Shown piece by piece: positions 1 through 6,662 of a stretch of 32,000 bases of DNA. The notes beneath the pieces were generated by a model. It had not been told where the DNA came from. It was given only the letters and a program-made list of their open reading frames with translations, and did no database searches. Source of the DNA: Pyrobaculum calidifontis JCM 11548 (GTDB taxonomy: Archaea > Thermoproteota > Thermoprotei > Thermoproteales > Thermoproteaceae); NCBI RefSeq assembly GCF_000015805.1, contig NC_009073.1:690001-722000 (forward strand), read 5' to 3'. The number at the start of each line of letters is the position of its first letter. Position 1 is the stretch's first letter. Both the position numbers and the translations under genes were made by a program.

Positions 1-107
1 GGGCCTTCTACCCCGCGTTGTACCTCCGCCCGGAGTACGCCGGGTTGGCCATGGCGCTGAGTAGCATCTCAGTCACGTTGAACGCCCTGAGGCTTAGAAG
101 GGCGTAG
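1..107 (+). CDS. C-terminal 34 codons of a heavy-metal P1B-type ATPase; the 5' part lies outside the window
   Basis: Reading from nt 3 gives AFYPALYLRPEYAGLAMALSSISVTLNALRLRRA, with stop TAG at 105-107. The AMALSS-SV-NALRLRR tail is typical of the last TM helix and C-terminus of CopA/ZntA-type pumps. It is absent from the ORF track because the window edge truncates it. Confidence 0.7.
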   Translation, partial: AFYPALYLRPEYAGLAMALSSISVTLNALRLRRA

Positions 108-531
108 GGGTGTGGGGGCGGGGGAGGGGCATCTCCCGCCAGCCGTGTGGGTAGAAGTGTAGTGGCAGGGAGGGGGGCGTGGGGCTGTGCCACGTGAGCT
201 GGCCCAGCGCGGCCAAGATGAGGAGCACCAGCAGTAGGGCGAGGAAGGTGGCCAACATGCCGGCCTTTGCGAGGGCGGATAGGGTGTACAGGGCGGCGAG
301 GAAGCCCAAGAGGAGTGCGAGGGGCGCGGCGAGTAGTAGGAGGAAGGGCGCCGCCACGGCGAGGGCGCCTATGGACAGGGCGGTCAGCACGGCGCCCGCT
401 ATGAAGGCTATGGGGGCGAGGATTATGCCTAGCAACACCCCGAGGGGGTTGACGGCCCTCCCGGCCAGCAGGCTCATCAGAGCCCATAGGAGGACCCAGA
501 ATCCCACCAGCCAGAGCAAGAGGTCAACCAC
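94..531 (-). CDS. small polytopic membrane protein, function unknown
   Basis: 145-aa ORF with a GTG start, almost entirely hydrophobic helices (LLLWLVGFWVLLWAL..., LLLLAAPLALLLGFLAAL...). It starts 22 nt downstream of the catalase stop on the same strand. Two other overlapping ORFs (8..487 -, 179..535 +) are Arg/Pro-rich and look spurious. Confidence 0.5.
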   Translation of the reverse strand: MVDLLLWLVGFWVLLWALMSLLAGRAVNPLGVLLGIILAPIAFIAGAVLTALSIGALAVAAPFLLLLAAPLALLLGFLAALYTLSALAKAGMLATFLALLLVLLILAALGQLTWHSPTPPSLPLHFYPHGWREMPLPRPHTPTPF

Positions 532-553
532 GTAGAAAAAAGAACTTGGAGGT

Positions 554-1450
554 TTAGAGGTTTATTCCCAGTCTCTTGGCGATTCTCTCAAAGTCGTCTT
601 TGTATAGGCCGGGGGCGAATTCCTCGGGGACTTCTGGTAGTTCTAGGTATTCTCCTCCCTCGGGAGGTCCGTCGTGTACTTGTAGCGGCTGGCCGTCGGC
701 TGGGTGGGCTCCCTTCCAGATTTTTTCTATGTCTTTGTAGTCGCTTGGGCTAAATCTGTACAGTGTCCTGTGTACTCCCATTTTCATGTACTTGGCGGCT
801 TCTGGGAATTTGGAGTCCTCTATCTTGGGTATGGGTAGCATTCTCCACACTTCTACCCCTGTCAGAGCCTCTAGGGCTTTGCCGTATGCCATGGCGTGTA
901 CGCCGCCGCGCACCAGTAGGTAGCCGATCATTTCCCGGGCCACTGGGTTGTCTGTCATCTCGTATACCCTGATTTTGGCTAGGCGTGCCCCAACCTCTAG
1001 GAAGAAGTTGTATAGGAAGTCTAGCACTAGGTTGCCGCTTACGAATATGTAGTCGCCGCGCCACGGCGTTCCGTGGGAGTCCATGGGGAAGGCGCCGAGG
1101 CCTGTGTTTATCGCGTGGTAGGTGTTTCTCACGTCTTTTAGGGGCTTTAGTGGGGCTTGGTCTGGGGGCGCCGGCTTTGTGGAGCCCACATATAGGGCGT
1201 TTACCACGGCGGATACCAGCTCGATGTGACCGAGTTCCTCTGTGGCTATGTTGGAGACCAGGTCTCTAAAGGGCTTTATGGCTGGGTTTTTGTGCATGCG
1301 GAAGTTGAAGGATTGGTAAGTGTACGTCATCAACGTGTTCATTTCCCCAAATCTGCCCCCAAGCAACTCGCTGACGGCTGCCGCGGCGTTGGGGTCAGGC
1401 TCTTTTGGAGCTGGCAGTTGTATTTGGAGCCGGTCTATTCTTAGGTACAT
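554..1450 (-). CDS. manganese (non-haem) catalase
   Basis: 298 aa. N-terminus MYLRIDRLQIQLP...ELLGGRFGEMNTLMTYTYQSFNFR...ATEELGHIELV is the di-Mn catalase four-helix-bundle signature, including the EELGH metal ligands. TATA-like CTTATAAG (1471-1478) lies about 24 nt upstream of the ATG. Confidence 0.95.
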   Translation of the reverse strand: MYLRIDRLQIQLPAPKEPDPNAAAAVSELLGGRFGEMNTLMTYTYQSFNFRMHKNPAIKPFRDLVSNIATEELGHIELVSAVVNALYVGSTKPAPPDQAPLKPLKDVRNTYHAINTGLGAFPMDSHGTPWRGDYIFVSGNLVLDFLYNFFLEVGARLAKIRVYEMTDNPVAREMIGYLLVRGGVHAMAYGKALEALTGVEVWRMLPIPKIEDSKFPEAAKYMKMGVHRTLYRFSPSDYKDIEKIWKGAHPADGQPLQVHDGPPEGGEYLELPEVPEEFAPGLYKDDFERIAKRLGINL

Positions 1451-1453
1451 GCC

Positions 1454-1489
1454 ATTAACTTCGAAAATACCTTATAAGTATTAACTTCG
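1454..1489. promoter_or_regulatory. two exact ATTAACTTCG direct repeats bracketing the catalase TATA box
   Basis: The copies at 1454-1463 and 1480-1489 (26-bp period) flank CTTATAAG (1471-1478). A related TTATTAACTCAGTTAA lies at 1508-1523 and a 6-bp-stem hairpin AGTGGGctaaCCCACT at 1535-1550. Confidence 0.5.
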
Positions 1490-1613
1490 TTAAAAAACGT
1501 GGCACATTATTAACTCAGTTAAATGGGAATATCGAGTGGGCTAACCCACTTCGCGTTAACGATGTTAATGAGGCCGCCGACCGCGGGAGTGCCCCCGACC
1601 GCCTCGCCGAGGC

Positions 1614-2636
1614 TTAGAGAAGTAGGTATAGAAATGCGCCTATTAGCAAAAGCAGAGTTACATATCTCCTAAGCCTGGTCTTCTGCACAGCTGCGCCAGC
1701 CGCCGAGACCGCGGCCACGTGGAATACGCCGAAGAGGAACATTGCGAGAAATCTCTCTAAAGGCGTGGCTAGGAGCGCCAGTGCCAGAGTTCCGGCAATC
1801 CCTAGGAAGGGGAGGAGGCAAGGCAGAGACAGAAACGGCGAAAATGCCCCTGCTAGAAAGTCTGAGCCCTTGGACAGCTTGTGAAATAGAGTCTGCACCC
1901 TCCAGAGAGGCGCCCGCGGGCCCAGCAAATACGCGGCGCCGAAGAGGGCGATTAAGGCCGCGGCTGTGTACTTGTCTAAGACAAGTGGCGCCCCCAATAG
2001 CGCCAGAGCTGCGGCCCACGCGGCGTAGCCTGTAGCCGCTCCTAGGAAGTAGACGTAGAGCCTCCTCCTGGTAGATGCCAAGGCCAGGGGGACTATCACA
2101 CATGGCGAGGCGGCTGACGCCGCGCCTAGCGCCGCCGCAATCGCCAACGCCGTGGCTGGCGAGCTGGCAGCCGGCTGTAGAGGAGTTGGGCTAGTGGCGT
2201 TCTTTATAAATGAGAGAAACTGCTCGGGGGGCAGGGCGCCTAGCAGATATCCTCTGAGGTATACCTCGCCGGCATCTGCCTCTAGCACAACCACCGTGGG
2301 GGTTGCCAAGATGGGGAAACGGCCGCGGCCGTCTACCTCTACTACGCGTATCTTGGTGGCTCCCGAAGTGGTTAAAGAACCGTTGAGAAAGGTCAAGGAC
2401 GCGCCCTCGACTACTAACGCCCTCTGAGCATATGCCTCCACGTACTGCACCTCTCTGGCGTCCCGCTTTTCGAAACGGACAGCGGCTAAGAAGGCTTGGA
2501 CTTGTGCATCTTTGAATGTGACTTCTTCCATGTATTTACAGCCTGGGCAGTTGGGTTGCCAAAAGTATATCACAGTTATGTTGCCCGCTGTAAGGAGCAG
2601 GGCTAGGGTTAGGACTGCTAAGAGTACACGCGCCAT
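1614..2636 (-). CDS. thioredoxin-fold domain fused to a DsbD/CcdA-type thiol-disulfide transporter membrane domain
   Basis: Signal anchor, then the WQPNCPGC thioredoxin motif. The C-terminal half is polytopic with two PC-containing helices (ASPCVIVPLA, LSLPCLLPFLG) as in CcdA/DsbD. I chose the second Met (MARVLL, 2636), which overlaps the upstream gene by 19 nt; the track start is 2681. Confidence 0.8.
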   Translation of the reverse strand: MARVLLAVLTLALLLTAGNITVIYFWQPNCPGCKYMEEVTFKDAQVQAFLAAVRFEKRDAREVQYVEAYAQRALVVEGASLTFLNGSLTTSGATKIRVVEVDGRGRFPILATPTVVVLEADAGEVYLRGYLLGALPPEQFLSFIKNATSPTPLQPAASSPATALAIAAALGAASAASPCVIVPLALASTRRRLYVYFLGAATGYAAWAAALALLGAPLVLDKYTAAALIALFGAAYLLGPRAPLWRVQTLFHKLSKGSDFLAGAFSPFLSLPCLLPFLGIAGTLALALLATPLERFLAMFLFGVFHVAAVSAAGAAVQKTRLRRYVTLLLLIGAFLYLLL

Positions 2637-3085
2637 ATAGTGCCGTTTTCGTAGACCAAGTAATAGCCGGGCCCTTCCCACGTCGTGGGGTCTGTCTCGG
2701 CGTGCGGCAACGCCAAGCCTCTAACGCCGTTCTTGGCTAAGGCCGTAAAAGCCGAGACTGGGACATGTCCCTCTATGAACAAGCCCCCCTCTACCGCAAT
2801 TGTGTGGCAGGACCACAGCCTTTCTGGCACGCCGAGTTCTTTCTTCAGCTCCTGAAGCTTCTGGGGGTCTAGGACTGTCACTTCCACTGCGAAGTACTGC
2901 CTAAGCTTGGCCAAGTATTTTTCACAACAGCCGCAGGGCGGGGCATAGTAGAATTTCACTGAAGAAAATGGGGGTTTCTCCTGTGTCTTTTCGCTTGGGG
3001 GGTATGTGTAGAGCTTTAAGGCTGTTGTCATGATTATCGCTAAGATGGCTGTGACGAGGATCAGAGTTGCCGTTTGCTTTCTCAT
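2618..3085 (-). CDS. DUF411 / CopG-like copper-binding protein with N-terminal membrane anchor
   Basis: The motifs PPCGCCEKY ... LWSCHTIAVEGGLFIEGHVPV match the DUF411 (CxCC, SCHT, EGHVP) signature. TATA-like ATTTATT (reverse complement of 3105-3111) lies about 23 nt upstream of the ATG. Confidence 0.8.
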   Translation of the reverse strand: MRKQTATLILVTAILAIIMTTALKLYTYPPSEKTQEKPPFSSVKFYYAPPCGCCEKYLAKLRQYFAVEVTVLDPQKLQELKKELGVPERLWSCHTIAVEGGLFIEGHVPVSAFTALAKNGVRGLALPHAETDPTTWEGPGYYLVYENGTIWRVYS

Positions 3086-3118
3086 AGGCGCGACTGAGAT
3101 GTGGAATAAATGACTACC

Positions 3119-3158
3119 GTGAAACCCTGAGCGGCGGTGTTTTTCACCTGTGTGAAAC
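3119..3158. promoter_or_regulatory. GTGAAAC / GTTTTTCAC / GTGAAAC boxes in the divergent DUF411 and micro-protein intergenic region
   Basis: The boxes lie at 3119-3125, 3139-3147 and 3152-3158. On the minus strand the first reads GTTTCACGGTAGTCATTTATT, a box 7 nt upstream of the TATA of the DUF411 gene. Confidence 0.5.
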
Positions 3159-3214
3159 TTTGGCGGAGACGGGTTTCTCGTAGGGTTTAAAGCTAGCTAC
3201 CAATTTTGGTGGCC

Positions 3215-3448
3215 ATGAGCAAGTTGCTGGTGTTGGTGGCGTTGGTGTTTGCGGTGTTGGCGTATGCGCAGTGTCCTATGTGTGGTGGCTGGTGGTGGGG
3301 CGGTGGTTGGGGGCCTGGGATGGGTTGGTGGGGATTTCTCTGGGCCTTGCTAGGGCTGGCTTTGGCTGTGTTGTTTCTGCTGTTTATTGTCTTTGCCCTT
3401 TTCTGGCTTTATAGGCAGATTTTCAAGGGGTCTCAGCCGCACCACTAA
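3215..3448 (+). CDS. 77-aa secreted/membrane micro-protein with a CPMC motif and a Gly/Trp-rich segment
   Basis: MSKLLVLVALVFAVLAYAQ (signal-like), then CPMCGGWWWGGGWGPGMGWWG, then a TM helix. ATG 3215 lies about 26 nt downstream of TTTAAAG (3186-3192); the track start TTG 3206 is less likely. Confidence 0.55.
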   Translation: MSKLLVLVALVFAVLAYAQCPMCGGWWWGGGWGPGMGWWGFLWALLGLALAVLFLLFIVFALFWLYRQIFKGSQPHH

Positions 3449-3841
3449 TCTCCCGGACCTTTTTTCTAGGTAAACAAGCTCTTTTTCGGCAAGTCTCTGC
3501 GCGGCTCTCCACGCCCTTAGTTTGTTAAGTCCTAGTTCCTTGGCTACTTCGGACAGCGACACCTCTCCCCCCTTTTCATAGACCTTGATATATATCGACC
3601 GGTCGGGCTCTCGGAGGAGGTTTATAACAGCGGCGGGTAGGCCCTGGGTCTGCTGTCTAGTTGGTTTAAACCCTCCTGTATAAAACACGTCTAACAGGGC
3701 GGTGGTAAGTAGAGTTAAGAGGAAAAATACTGGGAGCATGGGCGATGGGAAGCGGCACAGTGGACACATGAGGGAGACATGGAGGTAGTCTAAGACTACG
3801 GCGGCTACGGCGGCGAAGGCCAAGAGGGGGGCCAATCGCAT
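3350..3841 (-). CDS. membrane-tethered winged-helix transcription regulator (two N-terminal TM helices, CPLC motif)
   Basis: The N-terminus has two hydrophobic helices flanking CPLC. The C-terminus reads IYIKVYEKGGEVSLSEVAKELGLNKLRAWRAAQRLAEKELVYLEKRSGRLVV, which is wHTH-like. TATA-like TTTTATG (reverse complement of 3861-3867) lies upstream. The 3' end overlaps the convergent gene 3215..3448 by 99 nt. Confidence 0.65.
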   Translation of the reverse strand: MRLAPLLAFAAVAAVVLDYLHVSLMCPLCRFPSPMLPVFFLLTLLTTALLDVFYTGGFKPTRQQTQGLPAAVINLLREPDRSIYIKVYEKGGEVSLSEVAKELGLNKLRAWRAAQRLAEKELVYLEKRSGRLVVRLRPLENLPIKPEKGKDNKQQKQHSQSQP

Positions 3842-3867
3842 AGTCCCCGTTGCGCATACTCATAAAA

Positions 3868-3906
3868 GTTTCACTGCCCCGACACCGCACCTCCCGGTGG
3901 TTTCAC
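3868..3906. promoter_or_regulatory. two GTTTCAC boxes in the divergent wHTH and Met-rich-protein intergenic region
   Basis: The boxes lie at 3868-3874 and 3900-3906. The second reads GTTTCACGGCAGGTATTTACC, the same box-7 nt-TATA layout as the DUF411 promoter. The first abuts the TATA of the wHTH gene in the opposite orientation. Confidence 0.5.
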
Positions 3907-3940
3907 GGCAGGTATTTACCCACGTGGGAACGTGTCGACC

Positions 3941-4576
3941 ATGGTGAATAAGACTGGTATAGGATTGGCGGTAATCGCGTTGGCGCTTGCGGCGTTGGCG
4001 GCCGCGGCGTGGTGGGGCTCGTGGAATAGCCCACCTTATGGAGGCATGATGGGCGGTGGAATGGGAGGTGGAGGCATGTGGGGCAGGCCGGCCGGCGTCC
4101 CAATGGGCATGTATGGAGTGGGGGGTTGCCCTATGGCGGGGTGGGGCGGCGGATTGTATGTAAATGATAGCAATGTTGTAGAGTATGTAAAACGGGTTAC
4201 TGGGTATGAGGTTATTTCTGTGGAGAAGTACAGCAATGGCTACTACGTAGTTGTGGGTATCGGCGGCGCCCCTCAGCGCGAGGTTTTGGTGTTCTTCAAC
4301 GGCGTTATACATCCGGAGCCCCAGTCTATGATGTGGCTTGGGTCTCCCATGCGGATCTCTGAGGAGGAGGCTAGGCGTATTGCGGAGAGCTGGCTAGCCA
4401 GCCGCTTCCCAGGCGCCGTGATTGAGGAGGAGTACACGTTCCCCGGCTACTACACCTTCCACTTCGAGGTGAGCGGCGATATGCAGATGTTGAGCGTCAA
4501 CGGGTACAGCGGCGCGGTGTGGTTCCACAGCTGGCACGGCAAATACCTCGGCGAAGTGTTCCCAGAGGCCCATTAA
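3941..4576 (+). CDS. secreted Met/Gly-rich protein with a C-terminal PepSY-like domain (candidate Cu(I)-binding protein)
   Basis: Signal anchor, then GGMMGGGMGGGGMWGRPAGVPMGMYGVGGCPMAGWGGG. The C-terminal ISEEEARRIAESWL...YYTFHFEV...LSVNGYSGAVWFHSWHG resembles PepSY. ATG 3941 lies about 24 nt downstream of ATTTACC (3914-3920); the track start is GTG 3932. Confidence 0.7.
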   Translation: MVNKTGIGLAVIALALAALAAAAWWGSWNSPPYGGMMGGGMGGGGMWGRPAGVPMGMYGVGGCPMAGWGGGLYVNDSNVVEYVKRVTGYEVISVEKYSNGYYVVVGIGGAPQREVLVFFNGVIHPEPQSMMWLGSPMRISEEEARRIAESWLASRFPGAVIEEEYTFPGYYTFHFEVSGDMQMLSVNGYSGAVWFHSWHGKYLGEVFPEAH

Positions 4577-4631
4577 ACCCCACCCTTTTCTCTTTCTGTC
4601 AAATTTTTAAACGTGCCGTAGTACTTCTTCA

Positions 4632-5135
4632 ATGAGGGGGTCTGAGGTGGCCTATAGGGCGCTTTTGGGGAAGATTTACGCGGAGGGCCTCGTGGGGGAT
4701 GTGGGCGAGTTGGCCGTCGTGTACGACAAGACGCCTAGCTGTGTGGCCATGGCCGCGGCTGTGGGGGCGTCGTCTAGGGCGAGGGTGGAGTTTTACGCGT
4801 CGGACGAGTTCGACGTGGACGTGGACAACGCCCTCCTTCTGATGAGTCCCCACTTGGAGGGGCTGGGGAGGCGCGCCGTCGCTGTCTTGAGGAGGGTGAG
4901 GAAGTTCGCCGCCCTTCACACGCCTATCTTCTACTACTTGGATGGGGTAGAGGGTGTGGAGGAGGTTTTGGCGGGGAAGGAGGTGAGGTTTGCCGTTAGG
5001 GAGACGCCGGGCGAAATCACGTTTTACAGAGTGTACGTGGAGGGGGGATCTCTCAAGGCCGTGGCGTACGGCGTGAGGAAGCTCACGGCCGAGGAGTTGA
5101 AGATTGTGAGGAGGTACGAGGCGGAGAAGGAGTAG
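4632..5135 (+). CDS. hypothetical protein
   Basis: 167-aa ORF with balanced composition, an A/T-rich box (AATTTTTAAAC) about 25 nt upstream and a T6 run downstream. I recognise no motif. Confidence 0.6.
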   Translation: MRGSEVAYRALLGKIYAEGLVGDVGELAVVYDKTPSCVAMAAAVGASSRARVEFYASDEFDVDVDNALLLMSPHLEGLGRRAVAVLRRVRKFAALHTPIFYYLDGVEGVEEVLAGKEVRFAVRETPGEITFYRVYVEGGSLKAVAYGVRKLTAEELKIVRRYEAEKE

Positions 5136-5149
5136 GGCGTCTACGTCTG

Positions 5150-5155
5150 TTTTTT
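5150..5155 (+). terminator. oligo-T archaeal terminator candidate
   Basis: A T6 run (CTGTTTTTTGCG) lies 15 nt after the stop of 4632..5135. Confidence 0.45.
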
Positions 5156-5192
5156 GCGCGGTGGCTAATTATTCCCGCGTGGGCTGTGGTGC

Positions 5193-5504
5193 ATGGAGGT
5201 TTTTGAGGTGGAGGTTTTCCCGCCTGCCGTCGTGCTTAGGAGCAGGGACGGGAGGTTCGCGGTGGAGGTGGATGGGTATAGGGTGTTTGGGCGGTCTGAC
5301 TTTGCCTGGCACCCGCTGGCCGGGTACATCTCCCGGCGCCACTTCGCAGTGAAGAGGGTGGACGGGTCCTACTACGTGGTGGACTTGGGCAGTACAAACG
5401 GCACTTTTGTGAATGGGGTAGATATAAGGGGGCGCGGCCTCTATCCCCTGAAGCGCGGCGACGTGATCAACGTGGCGGGGGTGGTGGAGCTGGTGGTGGA
5501 GTAG
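5193..5504 (+). CDS. FHA (forkhead-associated) domain protein
   Basis: GRSDF...ISRRHFAV...YYVVDLGSTNGTFVNG matches the FHA core (GR, SRxH, D-GS-NGT-VNG). A TATA-like TAATTATT lies about 25 nt upstream. Confidence 0.85.
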   Translation: MEVFEVEVFPPAVVLRSRDGRFAVEVDGYRVFGRSDFAWHPLAGYISRRHFAVKRVDGSYYVVDLGSTNGTFVNGVDIRGRGLYPLKRGDVINVAGVVELVVE

Positions 5505-5509
5505 CGCTC

Positions 5510-5533
5510 GACAAGCGCAATAGATTTATATCG
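5510..5533 (+). promoter_or_regulatory. GACAAGCGCAAT box plus TATA (copy 1)
   Basis: GACAAGCGCAATAGATTTATATCG lies about 17-40 nt upstream of ATG 5550. The 12-mer recurs exactly at 7928-7939. Confidence 0.45.
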
Positions 5534-5549
5534 CGGGGCAACTTTTTCT

Positions 5550-5933
5550 ATGGCCTCGCGGCACGTTGGAGGCCTCGTGTTTGTTGGATTAATGTTTCTG
5601 GGAATGGGGCTTGGTCTCCTAGTGGAGAGGCCTGACGTGGGGCTGTTTGTAGGCATGGGCTTGGGCTTTATAGCAATGGCGTTTCTCAGAGGGGGCGCTG
5701 AAGAAAAGGGCGCCGAGGCTACGCCTCGCCCGCCGTCTCTTCCCGCTGGTTCTTCTGGGGGCCGGTTTGGGGCCGCTCTCCTCCTTGGGCTTGGCGCCAT
5801 CTTCCTGGCGCTTGGTGTTGTGCAATTGCTCGGCTTGGCGGTGCCGGAGAGGGTGGTGGGTGCTCTCTTTCTAGTGGCGTTGGGTCTCGGCTTTCTCTGG
5901 TGGGGGGGGGGGGGCCTCTGCCCTGTGGGCTAG
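5550..5933 (+). CDS. polytopic membrane protein, unknown function; a G13 tract sits near the 3' end
   Basis: 127 aa with four hydrophobic segments around a charged loop (GGAEEKGAEATPRPP). A TATA-like GATTTATATCG lies about 24 nt upstream. Confidence 0.6.
   Translation: MASRHVGGLVFVGLMFLGMGLGLLVERPDVGLFVGMGLGFIAMAFLRGGAEEKGAEATPRPPSLPAGSSGGRFGAALLLGLGAIFLALGVVQLLGLAVPERVVGALFLVALGLGFLWWGGGGLCPVG
5902..5914 (+). repeat. homopolymeric G13 tract inside the 3' end of CDS 5550..5933
   Basis: tgg-ggggggggggggg-cctc; I counted 13 consecutive G. It encodes the WWGGGG segment 6 codons before the stop. Confidence 0.8.
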
Positions 5934-6646
5934 AGTAGGTTGAGCTCTCCTAGGCCCATTATCTCTGCCTGTTTTTGGAGGGCTTGCACCACGCGGGGGG
6001 TTACGTGGTATTTGACGCCCGTGGCGAAGTACCGCTCGGCTAGTTGTGTGGAGATGCCGAGGCGCTTGGCCGCCTGTTCCACGAGGGGCGTGGGGTTTTC
6101 GTAGAAGTGGGCTAGGGAGTTTTCCAGCTCTTCGACTGCGCGGAACACCTCTTGTCTGTCTGCCTTGGGGGAGGCGGCGAATACGGCGTAGACGAGGGGG
6201 GTTCCGAATTTCTCCCGCCAGGCCTCTCCCACGTCGGCTATGTGTGGGCGCCCCGCGTCTACTAGGCGCAACGCGTCGTCGCCTATTACTAGCACGCCTG
6301 CGTATTTGGCGAAGGCGCCGTCTAGGGTGGCCACCCGCTGTAGCTCTATCCCCATGGCGGCCTTCAGTGCGAGGGCGCTTACCGTGGTGTCTTCCACTGC
6401 GGCGTATCCCGCGCCGCCGCCTTTGAAGAGGCGGGAGGATATCACGGGCCCGTCGCTGTACACCGCCAGCCTTGGCACCACTGGGAGTCCGTGCCTGGCG
6501 GCTAGGGTGACTGGGACAAAGCCGCAGCAGGCCTCGCCTGTTAGGAGTAGCTGGGCTGAGGCGAGGTTTGAGGCGGGTATGGCGGCTACTCTGGCGCGGT
6601 GGAAGAGGGGGTCGTTGTGGGCGTATTTCAGCCTTACTACTTTCAC
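5930..6646 (-). CDS. mqnA: MqnA/MqnD-family (PF02621-like) menaquinone biosynthesis protein, futalosine pathway
   Basis: 238 aa. The periplasmic-binding-protein-like layout with LVIGDDALRL, ADVGEAWREKFGTPLVYAVFA and a C-terminal ...YF...VKYHVTPRVVQALQ resembles MqnA. It sits 16 nt downstream of a radical-SAM Mqn-type gene. MqnA versus MqnD cannot be settled by eye. Confidence 0.6.
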   Translation of the reverse strand: MKVVRLKYAHNDPLFHRARVAAIPASNLASAQLLLTGEACCGFVPVTLAARHGLPVVPRLAVYSDGPVISSRLFKGGGAGYAAVEDTTVSALALKAAMGIELQRVATLDGAFAKYAGVLVIGDDALRLVDAGRPHIADVGEAWREKFGTPLVYAVFAASPKADRQEVFRAVEELENSLAHFYENPTPLVEQAAKRLGISTQLAERYFATGVKYHVTPRVVQALQKQAEIMGLGELNLL

Positions 6647-6662
6647 GCCCGTTTTACGCCTC

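Noticed and set aside
8-535. ORFs 8..487 (-) and 179..535 (+), overlapping the membrane-protein ORF
   Set aside because: Their Arg/Pro/Ala-rich composition is typical of off-frame translation of GC-rich DNA. The alternative frame (94..531 -) gives a coherent TM protein, and the plus strand at 1-107 is the ATPase tail.
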